From the NCBI GenBank assembly GCA_026390445.1, contig JAPLFX010000033.1, positions 5,731-69,730 of the forward strand: a DNA stretch of 64,000 nucleotides. The letters are read 5' to 3'. Position 1 is the first letter of the stretch; each line of letters starts with the position of its first letter. The translations under genes and the position numbers were made by a program. This DNA comes from Pseudomonadota bacterium. Its GTDB lineage: Bacteria; Bdellovibrionota_B; Oligoflexia; Oligoflexales; CAIYRB01. A model generated the notes under the pieces. It did no database searches. It was not told the DNA's origin and saw only the letters and a list, made by a program, of their open reading frames with translations. Below are positions 28,047 to 37,552 of this stretch, one piece after another.

Positions 28047-29369
28047 TTGTTTCGTCGCACCATGCACTCACTTCTGCTGCATACCTATGCTCTGCTCGTT
28101 ACTCTGGTGGCCATGATGTTGCGTCTGCTGGCGCCGCTTAATCGCCGCCTGGCGGCTCAGCTCAAAGCACGCAGTGGCGTCGCGCAACTCGCGCCAAGCT
28201 TAGCGCAAGAAAGAGCGCGATTTCGCCACTGTGTCGTGTTTTTTTGTAGCTCGGCAGGGGAGTTCGAGCAGGCCAAGCCGTTGATCGCCAGGCTGACGAC
28301 GTCTGGTTCCGTGTTTGTTCACGTCATCTTCTTTTCGCAGTCCGGGCTGGCTTTTGCTCAGGCACGAAACGAGACCATCTCTTGTTGCCTAAGTCCACTA
28401 ACTGATACGGCTTCGGCCTGGGGTTGGTTGTTCTCGGCCTTACGCCCGACGATCACCTGCGTCGTTCGTCATGAGCTTTGGCCGGGATTTCTCACGGCGG
28501 CCCGGCGCTTTGGCCACCTGTACCTAATCGATGCTAGTTGTAGCCAAGGCGAACGCCGCGGCGCCCAAAAGCGCCGACTTCGTTCCTACCTGCTGCGGAT
28601 GTTCCACGGCATTTACACGGTGAATCCGAGTGATTCGGCGTATTTTCGCAGCACCTATGGCATCGCTGCAGAGCGCCTTAGCTGTGTTGGTGACAGCAAA
28701 TACGACCGGGTCCTCGAAAGGGCCAAGGAGAGGACCAGCCAAGTCGCTGAGTATCGCGCTCTTTTGGCACTCTGGTCACCCAAACCAGAAGTCAAGCGAC
28801 TGGTCCTAGGCAGCGCCTATGCTGAAGAAGTGTCCCTTTGGCTCGCCGCCCGGGCCTTACGCCAGGCTGAAGACCCGCTTTGGCAGATCGTCATAGCGCC
28901 GCATCATGTCACCGCGGAATTCCTCGACGACATCGAACACTCCTGTCAAAAACAAGGCCTTAGCACGGTCCGTATGAGCGCCATGCAGCAAGGCTTAACG
29001 CCAGGTCCGCAGGGTGCGATGGTCGTCCTCATCGACTCAATGGGTATCCTCAGCGAGGTCTACGGCACCGCCACGGCAGCACTGGTCGGCGGCGCCCTCC
29101 ATCACCAAGTCCACAACGTGTTAGAGCCGGCCTGCCACGGTCTTGCCTTGGCATTTGGGCCGGCCTATAAGAACAGTCAGGAAGCTATCCACTTAGTCGA
29201 TCTCGGCCTGGCTACAGTCGTCACAACGGCGGCGGACCTGACCGCTTGGTGGCGCCAACTGGACCACCAAAGTCACAGCATGTCTCAGAATGTCCAGGCG
29301 GCCGTCGTCGGTCTCGCTGGTGCCAGTGACCGCATCTTGACCACCTGGCGGGCGCATTTAGGAAGTTAA
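28047..29369 (+). CDS. waaA: 3-deoxy-D-manno-octulosonic acid (Kdo) transferase-like
   Basis: N-terminal TM, a CSSAGEFEQAKPLIARL block (the WxHxxSxGE-type position of the Glycos_transf_N domain), and a GT-B C-terminal half. TTG 28047 lies behind GGAGAG; ATG 28062 is the alternative. Confidence 0.72.
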   Translation: MFRRTMHSLLLHTYALLVTLVAMMLRLLAPLNRRLAAQLKARSGVAQLAPSLAQERARFRHCVVFFCSSAGEFEQAKPLIARLTTSGSVFVHVIFFSQSGLAFAQARNETISCCLSPLTDTASAWGWLFSALRPTITCVVRHELWPGFLTAARRFGHLYLIDASCSQGERRGAQKRRLRSYLLRMFHGIYTVNPSDSAYFRSTYGIAAERLSCVGDSKYDRVLERAKERTSQVAEYRALLALWSPKPEVKRLVLGSAYAEEVSLWLAARALRQAEDPLWQIVIAPHHVTAEFLDDIEHSCQKQGLSTVRMSAMQQGLTPGPQGAMVVLIDSMGILSEVYGTATAALVGGALHHQVHNVLEPACHGLALAFGPAYKNSQEAIHLVDLGLATVVTTAADLTAWWRQLDHQSHSMSQNVQAAVVGLAGASDRILTTWRAHLGS

Positions 29370-29371
29370 TC

Positions 29372-30901
29372 TTGGACAAGCAACTGATCATCAACACCAA
29401 CCCGGCCGAAACCCGCGTCGCTCTACTCGAGAAAGAACGCCTGGCTGAGTTATTTATCGAGCGCAGGCGCGAGCGCGGCCTAGTTGGCAACATCTATCTC
29501 GGCACGGTGATGCGCGTCCTGCCGGGTATGCAGGCCGCATTTATCAATATCGGCGTGGACCGCACGGCTTTTTTATACGGCGGCGACGTCCTAGACCCAG
29601 ACACTCTACGTGAACAGAAGCTTGAATCCGGCAAAGGCCTCGAAGACCTAAGTCCTGAGGAACTCAAAGAGCGCAATTATAAGCAACGCAAGCCGATTGA
29701 AAAGCTCATCCGTGAAGGACAACAGATCGTCGTCCAGGTCGCCAAAGAGCCGCTTGGCACCAAGGGCGCCAGGGTGACGATGTTTCTTTCGGTTCCCGGA
29801 CGCTATTTGGTGATGATGCCGGACTTCACCCACATTGGGATCTCGCGGCGTATCGACAATCCAGAGCAGCGACAGAATCTCACCGCACTGGTTAAAGAAA
29901 TCAAACCAGACACCGTCGGAGTCATCGTCAGGACAGCGGCGGCACAGGTGGACCCAGTTCTGCTGCAAAAAGATCTGAAGTTCCTCCTTAAGATCTGGAG
30001 ACTTGTCGAGGCGACACGAAGGCGAGCATCCTCACCAGCACTGCTCTACCGTGATCTCGACCTGATCCTAAAAACAACCCGAGATCTATATGCCGACGAC
30101 GTCGACAAGATCGTCATCGACGATGCCACCGCCTTTGAGGAGCTGAAGCGCTTTCTCGTGGCAACAATTCCCGGCGCAGCCAAAAAGCTCGAGCTCTATC
30201 AAGACGCCACACCGATCTTTGACGTCTATGGCGTCGAAATGGACATCGGTAAAGCCCTGAGCTCACGCATCGAGCTACCTTCAGGCGGCTATCTCATCAT
30301 CGATCAGACCGAAGCCTTGACCTCATTCGATGTCAACACCGGTAAATATGTCGGTCAAGCGAGTGCCCAAGACACGATTCTCAAGACGAATTTGGAGGCC
30401 GTGAGCAAGGTCGTCAGCCAACTCCGTCTGCGTAATATCGGCGGCATCATTGTCATCGACCTCATCGACATGGAACGACCCGAAGACAAAGAGCGAGTTT
30501 ATATCGCGCTGCAAGAAGAATTAAAGGTTGATAAGGCGCGCACCAATGTGCTTCGAATCAGCGAACTCGGCCTCGTGCAGATGACGCGAAAGCGCACCAG
30601 CGAATCTCTCGAACGCCAACTCATGGAGCCCTGCCCTTGCTGCGAGGGTCGCGGCCACATTCGCAGCACCGAGACCGAGGCCTATGATCTGCTGCGCGAA
30701 ATACGCAGGCACACCCTGCAAACCGGCCTGAAAGCCATCACCGTCAAGGTGCGAGACGATATCCGCCACTGGATCGAGGTCGAGGAGCGAGAGCTCTTTC
30801 AAAATCTAGTGCGCGAGTTTCAGCTGAAAGTCGAATTTAAATCGACAGAACTGACGACGAAGGCCCTGCAGCAAGCACCGTATGAAGTTGAATCAAACTG
30901 A
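29372..30901 (+). CDS. rng: Ribonuclease G/E family endoribonuclease
   Basis: S1 domain GNIYLGTVMRVLPGMQAAFINIG, catalytic core LTSFDVNTGK, IIVIDLIDM, and zinc-link CPCCEGRG. TTG start. Confidence 0.9.
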   Translation: MDKQLIINTNPAETRVALLEKERLAELFIERRRERGLVGNIYLGTVMRVLPGMQAAFINIGVDRTAFLYGGDVLDPDTLREQKLESGKGLEDLSPEELKERNYKQRKPIEKLIREGQQIVVQVAKEPLGTKGARVTMFLSVPGRYLVMMPDFTHIGISRRIDNPEQRQNLTALVKEIKPDTVGVIVRTAAAQVDPVLLQKDLKFLLKIWRLVEATRRRASSPALLYRDLDLILKTTRDLYADDVDKIVIDDATAFEELKRFLVATIPGAAKKLELYQDATPIFDVYGVEMDIGKALSSRIELPSGGYLIIDQTEALTSFDVNTGKYVGQASAQDTILKTNLEAVSKVVSQLRLRNIGGIIVIDLIDMERPEDKERVYIALQEELKVDKARTNVLRISELGLVQMTRKRTSESLERQLMEPCPCCEGRGHIRSTETEAYDLLREIRRHTLQTGLKAITVKVRDDIRHWIEVEERELFQNLVREFQLKVEFKSTELTTKALQQAPYEVESN

Positions 30902-30928
30902 TGTCGCAGGAACGGCGATATCGGGCCG

Positions 30929-33607
30929 TCAATGCTTCGCCTCGCCACTGCCCTGCGCAAATCCTGCAACCATTTCAATCAGCTTCTCAACTTCAAATGG
31001 TTTAGAAATCATATCAAAATTTGGATCAGTCCTATCGCCCAAAACCGCCTGCTTGGTCAACAACTCTCCTGTCGCCATGACAAAAGGCGTTGTTAGGTGC
31101 AACTGGCGAAACTCTAGGTAGAAGGCCATGCCGTCCATCCCATTCATCCGAAGGTCAGAAATCACCAGATCAAATCTCCGCTGATCACGGCGAAGCAAAT
31201 CAAGTGCTGCCTCTCCACCATCGACACTTTCGACTGTGGCAAAATATTCCAAGAGCAATTCAGTAAAGGTTTCGCGCAGGTCACCATCATCCTCGACATA
31301 TAGGACCGATGCCTGGCGCATATCCCGCGGTTTGTGATACACGCCTTTGCCCACGGTGCTGTCTGTTTGGAGCTGATGTTGCTTAGGGATCTTTTGTTTT
31401 GGCAAGGAAAGGGTAAACGTCGATCCCTGATCCAGTTTTGATTGCACGCTGACATCGCCACCGTGACTTCTCACGATTTGGCGGACGTTGGCCAGTCCTA
31501 GTCCAGTGCCAGCATTGGCCTTCTTGGTGGAGAAAAAAAGATCAAAAATCCGCTCGAGGTGCTGCGGATCGATTCCAGTACCCTGATCTTTCACCGAAAA
31601 TAATACCAACTCGCGTGCGTTATCTTCTGCCATGGTGATTTCAATCACACCACTTCTACCAATTTGGGCGTCTTTAGCGTTGTTGATCAGATTCAATAGG
31701 CATTGCAGAATCTCGTTGCCGTTACCAACGATGAGGAGTTGTCCCGGTGCCGTATGATCACGAATCTCGAAGTTGAACTGACGTCCTTCCATGGTATGAA
31801 CAAAAGCCGTAAGATCGTTCAATATGGACCGGCAGTCGGCAAAGGTATAGTCCGCTGCATCGGCGCGAGAATGGCGCAGCAGGCCCTGAACTAAGATGGC
31901 ACCTCGTTCGCAGAACATCTTGATGCGACCGACAGCTGACTCAATTTTTTTACCATCGGACGTGCCAGAGATCAGCTGCGCACCGCCTTGAATGCCAAGC
32001 AAGATATTATTAAAATCATGGGCAATTCCCGTCGATAGTTGGCCAAGCGAGCTAAGTCGTTCGAGTTGTGAGATTCTTACTTGAGCCCGGTGGCTCAACA
32101 TGCGAAAATCTTCAAGAGCCGAATCGACGATATGTAAGTTAAATCTGGCAACAGTCGTCAGGACTTCTTCGGGCCAGGGGATCGACCGATTCTTCCTGAT
32201 TCCCTTCCACTTTTCGAAGGACGACCTTGGCGACAGAACGGATCCGGCCGCATTGGTGTTGACGGCCTTTTCCGGATTGCCAGCCCAGTAGATCGTTTCG
32301 ATCTGCTCGGGCTGAAACCAAAGGAGAAAGCAGTTCTTCGACGTATTTGAGAAATTGACAGGCAACCTAATGGCGATCATGCCACTCGCCGTATCCTTGA
32401 TCGCTTCGGCATCTTCATAGTCGCGCTTCAAATGGTTGGTCTGATACAGCTTTTGATCGGTTAAAATGCTGCCAATCCAGCGACCCAATTTGTGGATGTC
32501 ACTCAGACTTGGGCACACTCCCCAGGTCGTCACCGTTTCATGCTCGATCAAACACAGGCCGCGTGCCCCGGCCGCAAGGAGCAGGGACTCATGGTGGATC
32601 GCTAACGATTCGGCTACGGAGCGATTCCGTTTTAAGTCGGCGATGAACTTTTCTGCGATCAACCCGTTGGTGAACATCCGAACCCTGCGGTGTAGCTCCT
32701 TCCAAGACCCAATTGCAAACGAAGCAACCGCTCCAACTGAGATGCACATTTGCCGACAACTCGGGTCCAAATACCGCGGCCCCTGATAGTGATGGCAAGC
32801 GATGAGGCCCCAAAGCTCGCCATCAGCGATCAAAGAGACGACCAAGGTCGCGCTCACCAGCATATTCTTGAGATACTGAACGTGCATGGGTGAAATGCTA
32901 CGCAAATGACTCATCGTCAGGTCCAGCGGTCCCAAATTTGCTGCAGAAACAACCGCGACCGGCGCATAGTTTACATCGGAAATCATACGAATTAAATTTT
33001 GTTTGTACAGGGCCCTCGCCTGAACCGGAATATCGGTAGCCGGGTAATGCAGTCCAAGCAGTGGTTCAAGGTCTTCATTTTTAGCTTCGGCAACGACGGC
33101 ACCATGGGCATCTTCCTCAAACTGATAGACCATGACGCGGTCATATCCAGTCAACTCTTTGACCAAGCCAGGTAAGCAACTCACGACTTCGTCCAACGAC
33201 TGTTGCCGACCGATGTCCAGTATGCTCTGATGGAACGTCTTTAGCATCGAGGGGGTAGCCGCTTCGTCCTGCGGCTGCAGTTCGACGACCCACTCGTCGT
33301 TGGCTTTAAAGCATCGCCCAACCAAAGAGCGCCCTCTCAGACGAACCTTCTTATCGACGTCGCCAGGATTTTTCGCGACGTCGCGCAACTGCGGATCGAT
33401 CACCGCGATGTCTTGATTGAGTAAGTCCGCTCCCCGCATTCCGATAATCTCGCACAGATTCTCGGAAATCCTCGTAATCCTGCCGATCGCATTCACCGCC
33501 ACGAGGTAGCCAAAGGGCTGAATCAGTCCGGGAATATGAATGGCTTCATGGTCGCAGCTCGTCCCATCAATCGGGGTTGCAGCGACAAGATATTCGGCTT
33601 GATTCAC
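30929..33607 (-). CDS. bphP: Bacteriophytochrome-type hybrid sensor histidine kinase (PAS-GAF-PHY, HisKA, HATPase_c, C-terminal receiver)
   Basis: Chromophore-Cys context TSCDHEAIHIPGLIQPFGYLV, GAF motifs YPATDIPVQARALY and SPMHVQYLKNM, H-box GIAHDFNNIL, GTGLGLA, and receiver VLYVEDD...ISDLRMNGMDG. I prefer GTG at 33607 (GGAGGA 6 nt upstream); the track start is 33658. Confidence 0.9.
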   Translation of the reverse strand: MNQAEYLVAATPIDGTSCDHEAIHIPGLIQPFGYLVAVNAIGRITRISENLCEIIGMRGADLLNQDIAVIDPQLRDVAKNPGDVDKKVRLRGRSLVGRCFKANDEWVVELQPQDEAATPSMLKTFHQSILDIGRQQSLDEVVSCLPGLVKELTGYDRVMVYQFEEDAHGAVVAEAKNEDLEPLLGLHYPATDIPVQARALYKQNLIRMISDVNYAPVAVVSAANLGPLDLTMSHLRSISPMHVQYLKNMLVSATLVVSLIADGELWGLIACHHYQGPRYLDPSCRQMCISVGAVASFAIGSWKELHRRVRMFTNGLIAEKFIADLKRNRSVAESLAIHHESLLLAAGARGLCLIEHETVTTWGVCPSLSDIHKLGRWIGSILTDQKLYQTNHLKRDYEDAEAIKDTASGMIAIRLPVNFSNTSKNCFLLWFQPEQIETIYWAGNPEKAVNTNAAGSVLSPRSSFEKWKGIRKNRSIPWPEEVLTTVARFNLHIVDSALEDFRMLSHRAQVRISQLERLSSLGQLSTGIAHDFNNILLGIQGGAQLISGTSDGKKIESAVGRIKMFCERGAILVQGLLRHSRADAADYTFADCRSILNDLTAFVHTMEGRQFNFEIRDHTAPGQLLIVGNGNEILQCLLNLINNAKDAQIGRSGVIEITMAEDNARELVLFSVKDQGTGIDPQHLERIFDLFFSTKKANAGTGLGLANVRQIVRSHGGDVSVQSKLDQGSTFTLSLPKQKIPKQHQLQTDSTVGKGVYHKPRDMRQASVLYVEDDGDLRETFTELLLEYFATVESVDGGEAALDLLRRDQRRFDLVISDLRMNGMDGMAFYLEFRQLHLTTPFVMATGELLTKQAVLGDRTDPNFDMISKPFEVEKLIEMVAGFAQGSGEAKH

Positions 33608-33842
33608 GACTATTCCTCCAAGTCCGCCAATGAAAGCGAACCAGTGACTACCTGCCACATGGCGGCCGCGCAGCGCGCGGCTGGACGGGAGCTTGGATCA
33701 TAGATCCGCCTCCCCAAACCAGCAAGCGCCGGATGTTAAGCCCTAAATAGGAAAACGCGTGAACCTCAGGCTCAGCTGAGCATCCACGCGCCTAAGTCTA
33801 GTGACCTTGGCCTGCGGCATCATGCCGCGCCGGACCGGCTTA

Positions 33843-34499
33843 TTACTGCAGCAGCGACCCAGGAGCCGGGACAATGACTTCACCTTCTTTGGTACCGGGC
33901 TTGAAAAAGATGCTGTCATTTTTCTTAATGCCTTTGATGTCGCCCTTGACCTTCACTTTGTCGCCGCTTTTAACCTGAGGTGTCTTAGAGTCCATGGCCT
34001 TGGCCAAAATGACACCGCCTTCCGACTTGATCACCAAGGCTTTGACTTCGCCTGCACCGGCAGGCCGTTCGGTCTTTTTAGCGCGAATGCTGCCTTCAGA
34101 AGTCGAGCTCTCCAACGCCAATGCCACATCCTGACCAGCGCGAATCTTAGTCTTTGCGACCTGTGCCAGAAAAGCCTTTTCGTCGCCTGTGAAGACCACG
34201 CTGACCGCCGCCGCACCCTTAGCGGACACCTTCACACCAAAGGTCGCACCGAGCTTCGATTCAAGACTCGACTTGACCGCGTCTGGTGTCACCATCACGC
34301 CTTTACCTAGATCTCCGGCCGGATCAAGCTGGAAGGAATACTCACCAGCCTTCACCTTCGACCATGAAGTCGCCAGTCCCGGCTTGGGCGTGTCACCATC
34401 GAGCTCGATCAGGGTTTTCGCCGCCGCGAACACCTGTTGCGCCGCAAACAAACTCAGACTTGCCAACATCACTCGTACCCACATTGCCGCAACCTTCAT
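33843..34499 (-). CDS. Secreted protein, unknown function
   Basis: ATG 34499 lies behind GGAGG. Signal peptide MKVAAMWVRVMLASLSLFAAQQVFAA. Lys/Gly/Val-rich C-terminal half. Confidence 0.55.
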   Translation of the reverse strand: MKVAAMWVRVMLASLSLFAAQQVFAAAKTLIELDGDTPKPGLATSWSKVKAGEYSFQLDPAGDLGKGVMVTPDAVKSSLESKLGATFGVKVSAKGAAAVSVVFTGDEKAFLAQVAKTKIRAGQDVALALESSTSEGSIRAKKTERPAGAGEVKALVIKSEGGVILAKAMDSKTPQVKSGDKVKVKGDIKGIKKNDSIFFKPGTKEGEVIVPAPGSLLQ

Positions 34500-34569
34500 C
34501 TTCAACCTCCGAAGTGGCACAAACCTGCGCCTGTTCAACAAAGCTCTGGTAGTCCCAGACTCTACTACC

Positions 34570-35121
34570 TTAAGGAAATGCCTGATAGGTGATCACGACC
34601 TTGACATCCGACTTTACCGCAGCAGCGTCCTTGACCGCTGTCCCCGTCACAGGCTTGGCTGCAAGGGCGGGGTCCTCTGGTGACTTACCGTCGACGATGA
34701 CTTTTTTGCCAACCAATTTCTTAAGTCCAGGCGGAACATCGCTAAGGGTGATGACCTTGCCACCTTCGCCGCTAACGGAATAAACGCCGTCCTTGACGGC
34801 CAGGCTACCAACCAGGGCATCGCGGCCGCTCGACATCCTTAAGACTTTAACATCGTCGGCAACAAAGCATTCCCGCTGACCGCCCTTTTTCGTTTGCCAC
34901 CGACCTGAAACCTTGACGACCAGTGGCGTCAAGTGGCGAATGCGCTGCTCCACATCCGAGCCGCAAAGCTGCGGCCCCAACGTCTCCTTCTCCGGTGTAA
35001 TCAAGGTCTGAGCATCAAAGGAGCGCCCCACCACACGAACCAAGCCTTCGATCTCATCGGCCCAAGCCGGACCTGCAAAACCAGAGACCAGCAAGGTGAG
35101 GAGCCATGGACGAATGTTCAT
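34570..35121 (-). CDS. Secreted 2-Cys protein, paralog A of an uncharacterised family
   Basis: Signal peptide ending AWA. Shares GPxLC, RIRHL, GxWQ, GGxxxCFxA, VLRMxxGRxAxVGxL, GxxGK, GxxVIxDxK and a terminal VVxxYxxxP with ORF 37037..37552. Confidence 0.65.
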   Translation of the reverse strand: MNIRPWLLTLLVSGFAGPAWADEIEGLVRVVGRSFDAQTLITPEKETLGPQLCGSDVEQRIRHLTPLVVKVSGRWQTKKGGQRECFVADDVKVLRMSSGRDALVGSLAVKDGVYSVSGEGGKVITLSDVPPGLKKLVGKKVIVDGKSPEDPALAAKPVTGTAVKDAAAVKSDVKVVITYQAFP

Positions 35122-35136
35122 AGTCTTGCGCCCTCG

Positions 35137-36963
35137 CTATTTAATTTGGACGACCGCTACGGCCGTATTTGGCAAGGTATCTTTAGTCTTAAAGCCGACT
35201 TTCAGAGTGCTATCAGTTACCGTGTATAGGTAAGGACAAGTCGCATAGTATTGCAGCTCCGGTGTGGTCACCGCATCCTTAGCAACCTCCGTCCAGGTGT
35301 GCGCCTTTGGTAAGCCGGAAAAGTTATTGTAGTGCATGCCGTAAGAGCGATCAGCCTCGCCGACCAGGTTAGTGGCCTTTTGCGGGTCCTGAACCGTGTA
35401 TTTAGCGTCCGTGTCGCTAATACCTGATCCATCGATCGCCAGAGCACCAAAATAATTGCTGATGGCATCAGTCCAAGCACCGCCAAACTTCTCAGCTAAG
35501 TTCTGCGGTCCGACATGAGTCGCGCTCTTGACGACATCGGCAAGGTACTTCAGCCCGTCACCTCCCGTCGCCACCCCATTGGTAAAGGTCACGCCACCCT
35601 TTTGGCTGATCAAGTAATAGATGAGAGTCTGTGCAGCGCCCCGGTTTAAGGCCAAGTCATCCGCTGCGGAAAGCACCGGATTGACGAGATCCTTATCGTA
35701 CCAGGTGGTCAAAAAGGTTTTGGCAAAGTCATCGAAGTTTTCTCCGCCATGCCCGAACAAGTCCTCGGTATAGTGCGCAATTCCCTCATCGACCTCCGGA
35801 GTCTCCAGGGTCCATTTCTTAGGATCGGCCGATACCTTGCGCGCGCGGAAGTAATTCATAATCGCATGCTGCATCTCATGGGCAATCGTGCCATGCCACA
35901 AGCGCTTATTTTTCGCCGCGTCAACGGCTGCCCCGACGTTTTTACCGACCTTACTGATGTCGGACGCCATGTATATCATCGGCATGTTCGTGCCAACGGT
36001 ATCAGCCGTATCATCCGACATCTTTGCGATAAAGGCCCCCGACACCTGCAGCGCGGCGAGGTTTGGCCACAGTTTGGTGTCGGAAAAGTCGACGATCGTA
36101 AAAATCGGTTTAAAGGTATAGCCATTCACCACGGCAAAGGGATCCTTATAAATCACCTCTTTGTAGCGACGAATCACCTCCTTGATCGAGGCCTCGATCG
36201 TCGCCTTGTCGCCTCCGGTGACAGGATTCGATAGGTAAACGATGCAGTAGTCGGCGGTGCTGACCACCGAGCTTGCGGCCGCAGGAATGACTTTGTCGGT
36301 CGGCACCAAGGAGGCGTTAGGCACCGCGACGGTGCCTCCAGCACTTGGGCAGCTGCTGCTGGCGAGGTTAAAACGAGCGGACCCCAACTTAGGCCGCGTC
36401 GCCTCCGAACTGACCGCACTGCGGTACATCGATTCGACCTCTCCAGGACCATCCGCCGCGGCAAAGCCCGGAGCGTCCTCTGCGTCCACACGCTTCGCCA
36501 AGCGCCAAAACTCATCGCCCTGCGCTGCCCCGAGGCGAGGCTCAAAGCGATTGAGAAGGGTCCTAAGCGCGTCGTCTTTTTGCCGCCAGTTCATGGTCGG
36601 TATCGACCCCGTAGCCGTTGCCACGGACGCTGGCACCTCCGGTTGGGAGTTTAGTAGCTTGGAGCTAGCGGCCGCCGCAGCCACGGACAGCGTTAGGGTA
36701 AACTTCTGAGCACCTGCGCCGGTGACGGTTGCCACATCACCTAAAATCACCGGCATCAGAACAAACTGCGAACCGACGGCAGCCGCAGAGAAATCGATCG
36801 ACGCCAGGCCGCTAACTGCAGTCGTTACCGACCCTTTGCCAGCCACAGCCGTCGGAGACGTGGTCGTCGGTTCCTTATCCTTTTTATCGGTTGTGCCGCA
36901 AGCATGCAGAGCGCCGCCTAGGGCCAGCAACGTCGCGACTCGACTCATTCTCAGTCCATGCAT
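35137..36963 (-). CDS. Lipoprotein with HEXXH zinc-metalloprotease motif (gluzincin-like; possibly M30/hyicolysin-like)
   Basis: ATG 36963 lies behind AAGGAG. Lipobox LALGGALHACG. HEMQH is coded at 35866-35880 within WHGTIAHEMQHAIMNYF, followed by VDEGIAHYTED (candidate third ligand Glu). Confidence 0.7.
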   Translation of the reverse strand: MHGLRMSRVATLLALGGALHACGTTDKKDKEPTTTSPTAVAGKGSVTTAVSGLASIDFSAAAVGSQFVLMPVILGDVATVTGAGAQKFTLTLSVAAAAASSKLLNSQPEVPASVATATGSIPTMNWRQKDDALRTLLNRFEPRLGAAQGDEFWRLAKRVDAEDAPGFAAADGPGEVESMYRSAVSSEATRPKLGSARFNLASSSCPSAGGTVAVPNASLVPTDKVIPAAASSVVSTADYCIVYLSNPVTGGDKATIEASIKEVIRRYKEVIYKDPFAVVNGYTFKPIFTIVDFSDTKLWPNLAALQVSGAFIAKMSDDTADTVGTNMPMIYMASDISKVGKNVGAAVDAAKNKRLWHGTIAHEMQHAIMNYFRARKVSADPKKWTLETPEVDEGIAHYTEDLFGHGGENFDDFAKTFLTTWYDKDLVNPVLSAADDLALNRGAAQTLIYYLISQKGGVTFTNGVATGGDGLKYLADVVKSATHVGPQNLAEKFGGAWTDAISNYFGALAIDGSGISDTDAKYTVQDPQKATNLVGEADRSYGMHYNNFSGLPKAHTWTEVAKDAVTTPELQYYATCPYLYTVTDSTLKVGFKTKDTLPNTAVAVVQIK

Positions 36964-37015
36964 GCCAACTCCTTTGTTCTGACCAAACAGATTGCTCACC
37001 ACCAAATGATGGACC

Positions 37016-37037
37016 AATTGACGCTAAGACGTCAATT
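37016..37037. repeat. Perfect 8-bp inverted repeat (aattgacg-N6-cgtcaatt) in an intergenic junction
   Basis: Read directly from the sequence. It spans the end of paralog B and the spacer before the HEXXH lipoprotein gene. Confidence 0.6.
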
Positions 37038-37552
37038 CAGGGATAGCGACGGTAGCTTACGACGACCTTATTAACATCCATGATCGCCGGATTGGCCATT
37101 GGCTTGAGATCGAGGATCACTTGTTCCCCCATCATCTGCCGCAGACGCGGCGTCAGATCCGCTAGGCGTTCGATTTTGCCGTCGTCCCCGGTGAGCAGAT
37201 AGCCACCACCGCTTTCAGAGGCGCTGAGCCGACCCACCGCTGCCTCGCGGCCACCTACCATGCGCAGAACCTGGAACGACGATGCTGCAAAGCAGTCTTT
37301 AACCCCGCCCTGACGCAACTGCCAGGTGCCCACAGTTCGCACCTGTAGCTGACTCAGGTGGCGAATCCGGTAGCCGATCTCTCCCGGGCACAATCTAGGG
37401 CCGTGGTGACTCTTATCAATATCGATATGCGTCTCGGTATGAAGATCGCCGCCGCTGACGTAAACCACCCCGACTAGGTCCTCGGCTTGAAGCGGCGTCG
37501 CACAGCAAAGCCAGAGCCACAACCAGGACCACGGAGACTTGATCCAACTCAC
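37037..37552 (-). CDS. Secreted 2-Cys protein, paralog B of the same uncharacterised family
   Basis: Trp-rich signal peptide MSWIKSPWSWLWLWLCCATPLQA. Conserved blocks are shared with 34570..35121. The start overlaps the upstream stop by 4 nt. Confidence 0.65.
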   Translation of the reverse strand: MSWIKSPWSWLWLWLCCATPLQAEDLVGVVYVSGGDLHTETHIDIDKSHHGPRLCPGEIGYRIRHLSQLQVRTVGTWQLRQGGVKDCFAASSFQVLRMVGGREAAVGRLSASESGGGYLLTGDDGKIERLADLTPRLRQMMGEQVILDLKPMANPAIMDVNKVVVSYRRYP

